Assembly (NCBI GenBank): GCA_045590195.1
Contig: JAZNQN010000021.1
Coordinates: 1,352-65,351, forward strand
DNA from: Clostridia bacterium
GTDB taxonomy: Bacteria > Bacillota > Clostridia > UMGS1883 > UMGS1540
Direction of reading: 5' to 3'
Length of the DNA stretch: 64,000 nucleotides
Below, piece by piece: positions 39,093 to 47,443 of the stretch. A program made the position numbers and the translations under genes. The notes under the pieces were generated by a model. It searched no databases. It saw only the letters and a list, made by a program, of their open reading frames with translations, and was not told where the DNA came from. How positions within the stretch are numbered: the first letter of the stretch is position 1; every line of letters begins with the position of its first letter.

Positions 39093-39926
39093 ATGAACAG
39101 AACAATTTTACAGATAAAAGTTTTATATGATAAGATGGGCGGAGCCGAAAAAAAGATTGCCGACTGGCTTTTCGAAAACCCTTCGGCTATTATTCCCCTC
39201 TCAATTACAGAGCTTGCCGAGGCGTGTGGCTGCGGCGAAGCAACTATTGTAAGATTTGCAAAAAGGTTGGGGTTTCCCGGTTATCAGGCGCTTAAAATTG
39301 CCATTGCCCAAAATGACAGAGGCGAAAATGTCAGTAGTGCAGTTGACAAAAATGCCACCTGCACCGAAATTTTTTCAAAAATTTCAAACGATATTTACTG
39401 TTCCCTTGAAAAAACAAAACAGATTATTGACGAAGCCGCTTTTAAAAAAGCCGCCGAAATTATAATTTCTTCCAAAAACATTTATATTTTCGGGCTTGGA
39501 AATTCTTCGTCAATTGCAATTGATGCGGCACATAAATTTATGCGCGCAGGGCTAAACGCTTTTTCATACTGCGACAACCATATGCAGGCAATTGCCGCTT
39601 CTCACCTTTCAAAAGGCGATCTGGCAATCGGCATTTCCCATTCCGGTTCTTCCAAAGATATTGTTGAAGCTTTGGAAATTGCCGCAGAGCGTGGCGCAGA
39701 AACAATTTCGATTACAAACCGCGGAAAGTCGCCTATTGTTAAAAAAAGCTCCGTTGCTCTTTTTACTTCTTCAGACGAAACAGAACATTCTATTCTGGGG
39801 CTTAATTCCCGTATAGCAGCTCTCACAATTATTGATACGCTTTATGCATTTATTGTCAATAATACCCCCGCTGCACCGGAGGCAATCAGCAGAGTTGAAG
39901 TTGCTTTGAAGGATAAGAAATATTAG
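39093..39926 (+). CDS. RpiR/MurR-family transcriptional regulator (HTH_6 + SIS domain)
   Basis: 277 aa. N-terminal HTH ITELAEACGCGEATIVRFAKRLGFPGYQALK. C-terminal SIS phosphosugar-binding domain. Divergent from the catabolic cluster. Confidence 0.85.
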   Translation: MNRTILQIKVLYDKMGGAEKKIADWLFENPSAIIPLSITELAEACGCGEATIVRFAKRLGFPGYQALKIAIAQNDRGENVSSAVDKNATCTEIFSKISNDIYCSLEKTKQIIDEAAFKKAAEIIISSKNIYIFGLGNSSSIAIDAAHKFMRAGLNAFSYCDNHMQAIAASHLSKGDLAIGISHSGSSKDIVEALEIAAERGAETISITNRGKSPIVKKSSVALFTSSDETEHSILGLNSRIAALTIIDTLYAFIVNNTPAAPEAISRVEVALKDKKY

Positions 39927-39940
39927 AAGATATATACGCA

Positions 39941-39967
39941 AAAAAGCACCCGATCGGGTGCTTTTTT
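39941..39967 (+). terminator. Rho-independent terminator of the rpiR-family gene
   Basis: aaaaagcaccc-gatc-gggtgctttttt. Confidence 0.8.
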
Positions 39968-39989
39968 ATGGCTTTCAAGTACGAAATAG

Positions 39990-40175
39990 ATGCAAGATAT
40001 TTTAGCTAAATTTTGCACATTCGTGCAAAGCGAAATTATTGCTCCGCAATAGCTAAATTGTTTCTTGCGAAACAGCTAAATTAAATTCGCCTTTAGCGTG
40101 TGTAGCACATTTAGCTGCCGCAGGCAATTTAGCTGAACTTGTTCAATTTAGCTCGCCGCCAGGCGAATTTAGCTG
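39990..40175. repeat. Array of 7 copies of the palindromic half-site AATTTAGCT (3 as AGCTAAATT, then 4 as AATTTAGCT), each followed by a short GC-rich palindromic spacer
   Basis: Copies at about 40003, 40051, 40074 (AGCTAAATT) and 40108, 40127, 40145, 40166 (AATTTAGCT). Reverse copies are spaced 18-21 bp apart. Spacers are gccgcaggc / gaacttgttc / cgccgccaggcg. Joined, the half-sites give the perfect palindrome AATTTAGCTAAATT. Confidence 0.6.
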
Positions 40176-40217
40176 AAAAAAAAGACAGATTTCTTTGTCG
40201 AAATCTGTCTTTTTTTC
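40176..40217. terminator. Bidirectional hairpin terminator (tRNA-Arg 3' side); part of a ~33-nt repeat also found at 61748
   Basis: aaaaaaaagacagatttc-tttgtc-gaaatctgtcttttttt, an 11-bp stem flanked by A8 and T7. Confidence 0.75.
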
Positions 40218-40294
40218 TGGCGTGCCTGAAGGGATTCGAACCCCTGACCTACTGGTCCGTAGCCAGTCACTCTATCCAGCTGAGCTACAGGCAC
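40218..40294 (-). tRNA. tRNA-Arg (anticodon ACG), CCA encoded
   Basis: The reverse complement GTGCCTGTAGCTCAGCTGGATAGAGTGACTGGCTACGGACCAGTAGGTCAGGGGTTCGAATCCCTTCAGGCACGCCA folds as a cloverleaf: acceptor GTGCCTG/CAGGCAC, anticodon loop CTACGGA, T-loop TTCGAAT. Confidence 0.9.
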
Positions 40295-40480
40295 AATTAT
40301 TCACAACGACAATAATTATAGCACATCTAAAATTAAAATGCAACCTTTTTTTCAAAAAAAAATCAAAAAAATTAATTTTGGGTTTTTTAATGGTTATCAC
40401 CGGTATTTATTTGCCAAAAAAATTATTGTTACCTATTTATTTAAAAACCAGTCTACCACTTCACTGTTCCTCATCTCCAC

Positions 40481-40527
40481 CAAATAAAAAGATAAGCACA
40501 AACTATCGTTTGCGCTTATCTTTTTAT
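40481..40527 (-). terminator. Rho-independent terminator of the GH42-like gene
   Basis: Hairpin gataagcacaaac-tatc-gtttgcgcttatc (one mismatch) followed on the minus strand by UUUUAUUUGG. Confidence 0.6.
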
Positions 40528-40533
40528 TATCAA

Positions 40534-42666
40534 TTATTTTTCAACATATATTGCAAAAGACTGAAGTGCGTCAAGTTTGTAACTAATTACACATTTACCG
40601 TCAATATGCGAAATTTTAATATTTTCGTTTTCTTCAACGAGGTTGTAGTTTCCATCGTCAATAATCATTGTATCAGAAATTGGATAATAGTCACTGTTTG
40701 TAACGGTTACAACTTTAATGTTACCGTTTGAATCATATTTTGCAGATGTAATCAACGCTGAGTTATCCTTTTTGTCTTCGGTCTCAAACGATGCATAAGG
40801 CGCAACGCCGCTTTTTGAAAGAATTGAAGCAATACGCTCTCTTGTAGCAACGCTTGGATTGGAAGAATATTTTGCAAAATACTGAGTAGCAATATATGTA
40901 GCTGTTCCTTTGCCATAGCTGTTTTCCAAAACCATCGGATATCCGCTCATATACTCTCCGTCGATAGATTTTGCGCCCATAAGATTTACCTGCTCAATAA
41001 AAGTATTAAGAGTAATACCAAAAGTATTTTCTTTTACCATTGTAGGATGCGCCATAAAAAGAACATCTTCGCGCTCAATACCGAAAACTTTGTCAAGTCC
41101 TGCTCCGGGAAGCTCGGTATAGCAAAGACCACCGGGTCTTTTTTCTGCAAGAATATAATCTGCAATAACATGACCACCACCGGCAACAAATTCAGCAATT
41201 TTTTCTGCACACTCTTCAGATATAATATAAGTGCACGGCAAAATAAGAACCTTATACTTACTGAGAGAGCCTTTAAGAACTTCTTTTTCGCAGATAAAGT
41301 CAGAATTTATGTGTAAGTCTGTCATCATATAATTGGCACCGATGAGCGAGTTGAGGTAGTTATCCGTCATATGCTCCCCTGCCATAATATGATTTATCTG
41401 CTGCGACATATATACCGCTACATCCGATTTTCTCGTTGACTCGTTATAAACCTCAGAAAGGTCGTACATACGTTTTGCAAGTTCTCCCACCTCTCGGGTA
41501 CGCTTTAAAGGTTTTCCGTTTGGCTTACACATACCAAAATCGTTACCTTCGGTATCGCTAAGACGCGGACGCCAGCACCAGTACATAAGCCCCTTAATTC
41601 CATATCCTGCTCTCATAAGAAGTGTGGTTTTAAGCTCGTCGGCAGATGGTGTAAACGCAGAAACAACCGTATCAATAGGATTATCAAACTTAATAGAGCC
41701 ACCGCCTGCTTCAACAACAAATGTACTTTTACCAAGAGCCTTTGCAACGCTATCGGAAACAGTCATATAAAGCGATCTCATTTTTGTAGGCTTTCCGAAA
41801 AGGCTGATACCTATAATATCTGTACATTCCGAAAGTTTCCACGGGTCAATTCCGTTGTTAATTCCCGGAAGCATTTCTGTAATAGTTGGCTGAAGCGCTC
41901 CGTTTTCTTTAAAAATACGGTCGGCATCTTTAATGTGACCGGCAAGGTTTTGCTCCATAAATTCGCGCCAGTCTTCCCATGAGTTAAATCCGCCAAGCTG
42001 ACGGCAATATCCAGCAGGAGGATTTACCTGACTAAAATCAACATAGTACGACGGACCTTCGTTCCCCCATGTTTCGTTAAGTTTTTCAATATCTTTATAT
42101 CTTTCTTTAAGCCAGGTGCGAAATTTTGCCTTTGTGTGGCTGCAGTAACAAATAACTGCATCTCCCGGACGAGGACTATGTAAATTTGGTTCTCCCCACA
42201 AAACATATCCGCCAACTCGCGCATCACCTGCAAAATGACGCGCAACCTCTTTAAGATATCTGTGAGCATAAGATTGATATAGCGGATCGTCAAGACACGG
42301 AACGATATATTCTCCATGGGTAAGGCTCTGACCGAGAGAATCCACATAACCTTCGCTCACTCCGCGAAACTCTTCCATAAGCCAACGGGGTGAATAAAAT
42401 CCAACGCTGTTTGATGTGGCAATATTTATTATTGGAACCAGTCCATTTTTAACTGCACACTCAACAAAATAGTCAACTTTAGAAAAATCAAAACGACCTT
42501 TTTCATATTCAACATCGTGCCATTCAGCAAAGCCGTGTAAACAAGTATAGCCAAGCTCTGCCATAGTTTTCATATCGTTGTCCCATTCTTCCATTGGTGC
42601 GTGTTTTGTTCGGCAAAATGGCGCATACATAGCACCTGTCATAAACTTATCATTTATAGTAATCAT
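40534..42666 (-). CDS. Glycoside hydrolase family 42-like protein (beta-galactosidase-type TIM barrel + trimerisation-like domain)
   Basis: 710 aa. ICYCSHTKAKFRTWLKERY matches the GH42 Cys-cluster/FREWLKxRY block. FDFSKVDYFVECAVKNGLVPII is typical of GH42 barrel strand 2-3. No signal peptide. Confidence 0.75.
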   Translation of the reverse strand: MITINDKFMTGAMYAPFCRTKHAPMEEWDNDMKTMAELGYTCLHGFAEWHDVEYEKGRFDFSKVDYFVECAVKNGLVPIINIATSNSVGFYSPRWLMEEFRGVSEGYVDSLGQSLTHGEYIVPCLDDPLYQSYAHRYLKEVARHFAGDARVGGYVLWGEPNLHSPRPGDAVICYCSHTKAKFRTWLKERYKDIEKLNETWGNEGPSYYVDFSQVNPPAGYCRQLGGFNSWEDWREFMEQNLAGHIKDADRIFKENGALQPTITEMLPGINNGIDPWKLSECTDIIGISLFGKPTKMRSLYMTVSDSVAKALGKSTFVVEAGGGSIKFDNPIDTVVSAFTPSADELKTTLLMRAGYGIKGLMYWCWRPRLSDTEGNDFGMCKPNGKPLKRTREVGELAKRMYDLSEVYNESTRKSDVAVYMSQQINHIMAGEHMTDNYLNSLIGANYMMTDLHINSDFICEKEVLKGSLSKYKVLILPCTYIISEECAEKIAEFVAGGGHVIADYILAEKRPGGLCYTELPGAGLDKVFGIEREDVLFMAHPTMVKENTFGITLNTFIEQVNLMGAKSIDGEYMSGYPMVLENSYGKGTATYIATQYFAKYSSNPSVATRERIASILSKSGVAPYASFETEDKKDNSALITSAKYDSNGNIKVVTVTNSDYYPISDTMIIDDGNYNLVEENENIKISHIDGKCVISYKLDALQSFAIYVEK

Positions 42667-42858
42667 AAACTTCCTCCTTTTAGCAAAAAATTTTGCTTTA
42701 ATCCTGACAAATTTACATAATTCCTTTTATTTTCGTAGATTGTACCATAGGGATTATTTAAAGTCAAGCATATATAATTTATTTACACGAAAAATTAATT
42801 CAAAGTATTGATTTAAAAATATTGCTATGATATACTTCCTTATATATTATGCTAAAAA

Positions 42859-44859
42859 TTGGAGGCAGCAAATGAAAATTATAACAACAGTGAATATGCC
42901 GCTCAGGAGCTTAAAAAATACATTACTTGGCTCTCACGCGTAAAAATTATTCCCGAAATTTTTATAGGAGTTGCCGCTCCCGAAAAAATTGAAAACGACA
43001 CAATTGTTTTGGCTTTACTTGAAGATTTAAACCTTGATATAAGTGACCTTTCAGACCCATTTATGGAAGATATTTTAGATATAGATGTTAAAAATCTTAC
43101 AGGTTACATTGCAGGCAGCAACCGCCGAAGCGTTCTTCAGGCGGTTTACCGCTATTGTACTTCTGCAGGTTGCCGTTTTATCCGCCCGGGCGAAGGCGGC
43201 GACTATGTTCCCGAGGCTGACCTTTACAATCATTCATTCAAATTCAGAAAGAAAGCCGACTATCCTTTCAGGGGCGAATGTGTTGAAGGGGCAGTAAGCT
43301 ACGAGCATATGCGCGACACAGTTTACTGGATGCCAAAGGTTGGCATGAATATGTACATGATAGAGTGCCCTGTGCCCTATGCTTATATGAACCGTTGGTA
43401 CAGCCACAGCGGAAACAGCCGTTTACGCTCAGAAAGCCAGAAATGCAGCTACAAAATGCTCCAGAAATATACCGACCTTTTTGAAAAAGATGTTGACAAA
43501 GTTGGCGTTCAGCTTCACACCCTCGGCCACGGCTGGATGTTTGACCCACTTGGCCTTCACACGGGTGACCCCGAAAGCGAAGAAATTGCAAAAAATTCTC
43601 TCACAGAAGAACAAACCCGCCATCTTGCTATGGTAAACGGCAAAAGAGGCGTTATGCACGGACACACTTTCTACACTCATTTTTGCTATTCAAACCCTGA
43701 AACCCGCAAACTTTTGGTTGACCATATGTTTAACTACTGCAAAGAGAAAAAGCACGTTGACTATGTTCATATGTGGCTTGCAGATGCTACAAAAAACCAG
43801 TGTGAATGTGAAGAGTGTCAGAAAAAAGAGCCTTCCGACTGGTATGTTATGATGCTAAACGAGCTTGACGAAAAGCTTACAGCCGAAGGGCTTCAGACAA
43901 GAGTTGTATTTATTATGTATGTTGACACTGTCAGACCTCCTGTCACAGAACGCCTTAAAAATCCACAGCGTTTTGTTTTATTATCGGCAATTGGTATGCA
44001 CTACGAAACAGGCTACATAAACGAAGAATATAAGGGCGAAATTCCGCCTTATGTAAGAAATCAGGGCACAACTCCTTCAAATGCGCTCCGCCTTAAATGG
44101 CACCGCGACTGGAAGGCGTTATCGGGCAATATTCCAAGCATTATTTTTGAATACCGTTTTTATACTGATATGTACTGCGATTTAGGCCATATGCAGATTG
44201 CAAGAGAAACCTACCGCGATATGAAAGGCCTTGAAAATGTTTCCTTTAACGGCTGTATGAGCGACCAGACTCACAGAATGTACATGCCAACAGGGCTGCC
44301 CCTTGTTATGATGGGCGAAACACTTTTTGACAAAAATTTAGACTACGAAAAGCTTGTAGACGAGTATTTTGAAGGTGCATTCGGTAAAGACGGCACAGCT
44401 TGCCGCGAATATCTTGAACAGCTTTCAAAGCTTTTATGCCCTTCAAACTTCAGAATTGGTGGCGGAAACGGCGTTGAAGAGCTTGGCCTTGGCAACATTG
44501 AAGCCAACAAAGCCTGCTGGCTGAATAATGGCTATGTTGCAGAATGTGCTGGAAAAATTCCTGCGCTTGTTGATAAGTTTTATGAAACAATTCACAAAAA
44601 TATGGCAACTGCAGAAGACGAATGCCGTCGTCTTTCATGGTATTACCTTACATATCACGCCGAAATTGTAAAACGTTTTTCCTCTGTTTTGCTTGCCGGC
44701 GCACAAAATGGCAAGGAAAAGGCTTTGGAAGAATTTAAAAAGCTTAAAAAGTATCTTGAAGAGCACGAAATGGAATACCATAACGTTTTCGACTTTTTCC
44801 TTTTCTGCCGTGCTATAGGCTTAAAGGTTGACTTTAAATTCCCCGGTTATTACGAATAA
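42859..44859 (+). CDS. Glycoside-hydrolase-like protein with CxCxxC Cys cluster (DUF4838/GH42-like fold). Start uncertain.
   Basis: 666-aa ORF opening at TTG 42859 just after an in-frame TAA. NQCECEECQKK zinc-site-like motif. A strong RBS GGAGG at 42849-42853 is followed by an ATG (42872) in a different frame that terminates after 27 codons. Confidence 0.55.
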   Translation: MEAANENYNNSEYAAQELKKYITWLSRVKIIPEIFIGVAAPEKIENDTIVLALLEDLNLDISDLSDPFMEDILDIDVKNLTGYIAGSNRRSVLQAVYRYCTSAGCRFIRPGEGGDYVPEADLYNHSFKFRKKADYPFRGECVEGAVSYEHMRDTVYWMPKVGMNMYMIECPVPYAYMNRWYSHSGNSRLRSESQKCSYKMLQKYTDLFEKDVDKVGVQLHTLGHGWMFDPLGLHTGDPESEEIAKNSLTEEQTRHLAMVNGKRGVMHGHTFYTHFCYSNPETRKLLVDHMFNYCKEKKHVDYVHMWLADATKNQCECEECQKKEPSDWYVMMLNELDEKLTAEGLQTRVVFIMYVDTVRPPVTERLKNPQRFVLLSAIGMHYETGYINEEYKGEIPPYVRNQGTTPSNALRLKWHRDWKALSGNIPSIIFEYRFYTDMYCDLGHMQIARETYRDMKGLENVSFNGCMSDQTHRMYMPTGLPLVMMGETLFDKNLDYEKLVDEYFEGAFGKDGTACREYLEQLSKLLCPSNFRIGGGNGVEELGLGNIEANKACWLNNGYVAECAGKIPALVDKFYETIHKNMATAEDECRRLSWYYLTYHAEIVKRFSSVLLAGAQNGKEKALEEFKKLKKYLEEHEMEYHNVFDFFLFCRAIGLKVDFKFPGYYE

Positions 44860-44891
44860 ACTATTGCCAAAAAAATTAAAATATGTTATAC

Positions 44892-44921
44892 TAAACTCGG
44901 GTTTCTTTGAACCCGAGTTTT
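44892..44921 (+). terminator. Rho-independent terminator
   Basis: aaactcgggtt-tctttg-aacccgagttttt. Confidence 0.8.
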
Positions 44922-44941
44922 TATATTAAAGGTGGTTACTT

Positions 44942-46348
44942 ATGATTAAGAAAATTTTAGCTTTATCAGTACTTATTTGTATGCTGTTTTCAGTATGCGT
45001 TTTTGCTACCCCATCAGGCTGGGCTATGGCAGAGGTTGAATCGGCCAAGCGCGCAGGCCTTGTTCCAGAGGCGCTTTTAGAAAATTATCAAAGCGCTATA
45101 ACAAGAGAAGAATTCTCCGCTATGGCTATATTACTTTACGAAAAACTTTCAAAAAAAGAAGCTCCCGCCGGAGAAGCCGTTTTCAGCGACACTCAGAACG
45201 CTGACGTAAACAAAGCTTATGCTCTGGGAATTGTAAACGGTATGGGCGATGGTATTTTTGCCCCAACCGCTCTTATTACAAGAGAAGAAATTTCGGCAAT
45301 GTTTCTCCGCTGTATCAAAGCGGCTTTGCCCGAAATTTCTATAAGTGATTCACTTCCAAATACTTATCCCGATGCTGATGCGGTTTCTGCATGGGCTAAA
45401 GATGCCGTTAGGTTTGTTAATATGTGCGAAATTATGATTGGCGACGAAAACGGCAACATCAACCCCAAAAACAACACAACACGCGAGCAGGCAATGTTGA
45501 TGGTTTTAAGAATTTACAACGCATTTAAAGCTTCGGGTAATTTCTTCCTCGATATGTACGGTTTTGCAACTTCGGGTAACTCGGCTACAAATACGGCAAA
45601 CGGCTCTTTTGCAATTAAATCGCTTGACGGAAAGCTTTTTATCTCTGACAATAGTGGTATTACAGATGTCACATCAGGCATCAACTACACCAAAAACAAA
45701 GCAAGCGGAATGTATGTTGGTACAAGCAACATCTACTATATAAATACAGCCGACAGTGCACTTTATAAACTTACACTTGCCGACAAAACAGAAACAAAAA
45801 TTTATGAAGATGTTGTGGCATTTTCAATTGCAGGCGAATATATTTATATTAAAAATTCTAAAAATGATTTAATTGCCTTAAATCTTTCTAAAAACAATGC
45901 TGTTCCGTTAGTTTTGGGAATCACATCTATTCCGATGGGTGCAGCAAAAAATGTTTATTTTTCTCTCAGTGACGGAATTTATTCTTATGCTCCGTCTGAA
46001 GGAAAACTCAACGAAATTTATAAAGGTGCAGCCAAAAATACAGTTAACGTTAACACTACTTTCTACTTCCAAAACGAGGAAGGCTTTGTTTGCAGTTTCG
46101 ACGGTGAAAAAGTTAAAACAATTATTTCTGTCCCTGTAAGCAGTTTTTGCCTGTATTCCGGCGCCATTGCTTATACCACGGCTGACGGGCTTTACAAATA
46201 CGACCTTTCCGGAAGATTTAACATAAAAATACTTGATGATGCAAATGTTTCGGTAAACAGCCACGAAAAAACTCTTTTCATTAAATCAGCTGACGGAAAA
46301 ATAAGCTCACTTAACATTTACACAGGAGAAAAAACAGTTTTAAATTAG
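44942..46348 (+). CDS. S-layer-homology (SLH) domain cell-surface protein with C-terminal beta-propeller-like (DUF5050-like) region
   Basis: Signal peptide MIKKILALSVLICMLFSVCVFA. Three SLH-like segments (SGWAMAEVESAKRAGLVP, NKAYALGIVNGMGDGIFAPTALITREE, SAWAKDAVRFVNMCEIMIGDENGNINP). Repetitive Y/G/S-rich C-terminal half. Confidence 0.75.
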   Translation: MIKKILALSVLICMLFSVCVFATPSGWAMAEVESAKRAGLVPEALLENYQSAITREEFSAMAILLYEKLSKKEAPAGEAVFSDTQNADVNKAYALGIVNGMGDGIFAPTALITREEISAMFLRCIKAALPEISISDSLPNTYPDADAVSAWAKDAVRFVNMCEIMIGDENGNINPKNNTTREQAMLMVLRIYNAFKASGNFFLDMYGFATSGNSATNTANGSFAIKSLDGKLFISDNSGITDVTSGINYTKNKASGMYVGTSNIYYINTADSALYKLTLADKTETKIYEDVVAFSIAGEYIYIKNSKNDLIALNLSKNNAVPLVLGITSIPMGAAKNVYFSLSDGIYSYAPSEGKLNEIYKGAAKNTVNVNTTFYFQNEEGFVCSFDGEKVKTIISVPVSSFCLYSGAIAYTTADGLYKYDLSGRFNIKILDDANVSVNSHEKTLFIKSADGKISSLNIYTGEKTVLN

Positions 46349-46357
46349 CAAAAAACA

Positions 46358-46386
46358 TTGACAAAATGTGCAATTAATGCTAAAAT
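46358..46386 (+). promoter_or_regulatory. Sigma-A promoter upstream of asd
   Basis: TTGACA (46358-46363) - 17 nt - TAAAAT (46381-46386). Confidence 0.55.
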
Positions 46387-46429
46387 TAATAGTTAATTAA
46401 AGATATGTTTCAGTTTGGAGGAAATATTT

Positions 46430-47425
46430 ATGAAAAACTATAAAATTGCCGTTGTAGGCGCAACCGGTATGGTTGGCAGAACTTTCCTTAAAGTTTTAGA
46501 AGAATACAAACTTCCTGCAGAAAGCTACACTCTTTTTGCATCAGCAAGATCTGCAGGCAGCACTGTTAAATTTATGGGCAAAGATTACACCGTAAAAGAA
46601 CTTAACGAAAATTCCTTCGACGAAGGTTTTGACATTGCCCTTTTCTCAGCAGGTGGCTCAACAAGCGAAAAATTCGCTCCTATTGCCGCTTCAAAAGGCT
46701 GTGTTGTAATTGACAACTCAAGCGCATGGAGAATGAACCCAGAAGTTCCTTTGGTTGTACCTGAAGTTAACCCCGAAGAAATTAAAAACCACAAAGGCAT
46801 TATTGCTAACCCTAACTGCTCAACAATTCAGGCAGTTGTTGCAATTAAACCTTTACACGATAAATACAAAATTAAAAGAATTGTTTATTCTACATACCAG
46901 GCTGTTTCCGGCGCAGGCAGAGCAGGCTGGGAAGATCTTGAAAACGGTATGAAAGGCGAAGCTCCTAAAAAGTTCCCTTATCCTATCGCAGGTAACTGTA
47001 TTCCTCACATTGATGTGTTCCTTGAAAATGGTTATACAAAAGAAGAAATGAAAATGATACTTGAAACCCAGAAAATTTTGGGCGACAACAGCCTTAAAAT
47101 TACTGCTACAACCGTTCGTGTTCCTGTATTTAACGGCCACAGCGAATCAATTAACATTGAATTTGAAAAACAGTTTGACCTTGATGAACTTAAAAATGTT
47201 CTTAAAAATGCACCCGGCGTTGTAGTTGAAGATGACGTGGCAAACAACGTATATCCTATGGCTATAAACGCAACCGGACACGACGAAACTTTTGTTGGCC
47301 GTATCCGCCGCGACGAAAGCGTTGAATCAGGCGTTAACCTTTGGGTTGTTGCCGACAATATCAGAAAAGGTGCTGCTTCAAACGCAGTTCAGATTGCTAA
47401 AAAGTTTATGGAATATGGATTATAA
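46430..47425 (+). CDS. asd: Aspartate-semialdehyde dehydrogenase
   Basis: Start moved to ATG 46430 (MKNYKIAVVGATGMVGR) after RBS ggagg. Active-site NPNCSTIQ. 332 aa. Confidence 0.9.
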   Translation: MKNYKIAVVGATGMVGRTFLKVLEEYKLPAESYTLFASARSAGSTVKFMGKDYTVKELNENSFDEGFDIALFSAGGSTSEKFAPIAASKGCVVIDNSSAWRMNPEVPLVVPEVNPEEIKNHKGIIANPNCSTIQAVVAIKPLHDKYKIKRIVYSTYQAVSGAGRAGWEDLENGMKGEAPKKFPYPIAGNCIPHIDVFLENGYTKEEMKMILETQKILGDNSLKITATTVRVPVFNGHSESINIEFEKQFDLDELKNVLKNAPGVVVEDDVANNVYPMAINATGHDETFVGRIRRDESVESGVNLWVVADNIRKGAASNAVQIAKKFMEYGL

Positions 47426-47443
47426 TAGAAAGAAGGTATTTTA

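Noticed and set aside
39990-40175. Possible miniature CRISPR array
   Set aside because: The repeat unit is only 9-10 bp with 8-12 bp spacers. Repeats occur in both orientations. Spacers are themselves palindromic. There are no cas genes nearby. It is not a CRISPR array.
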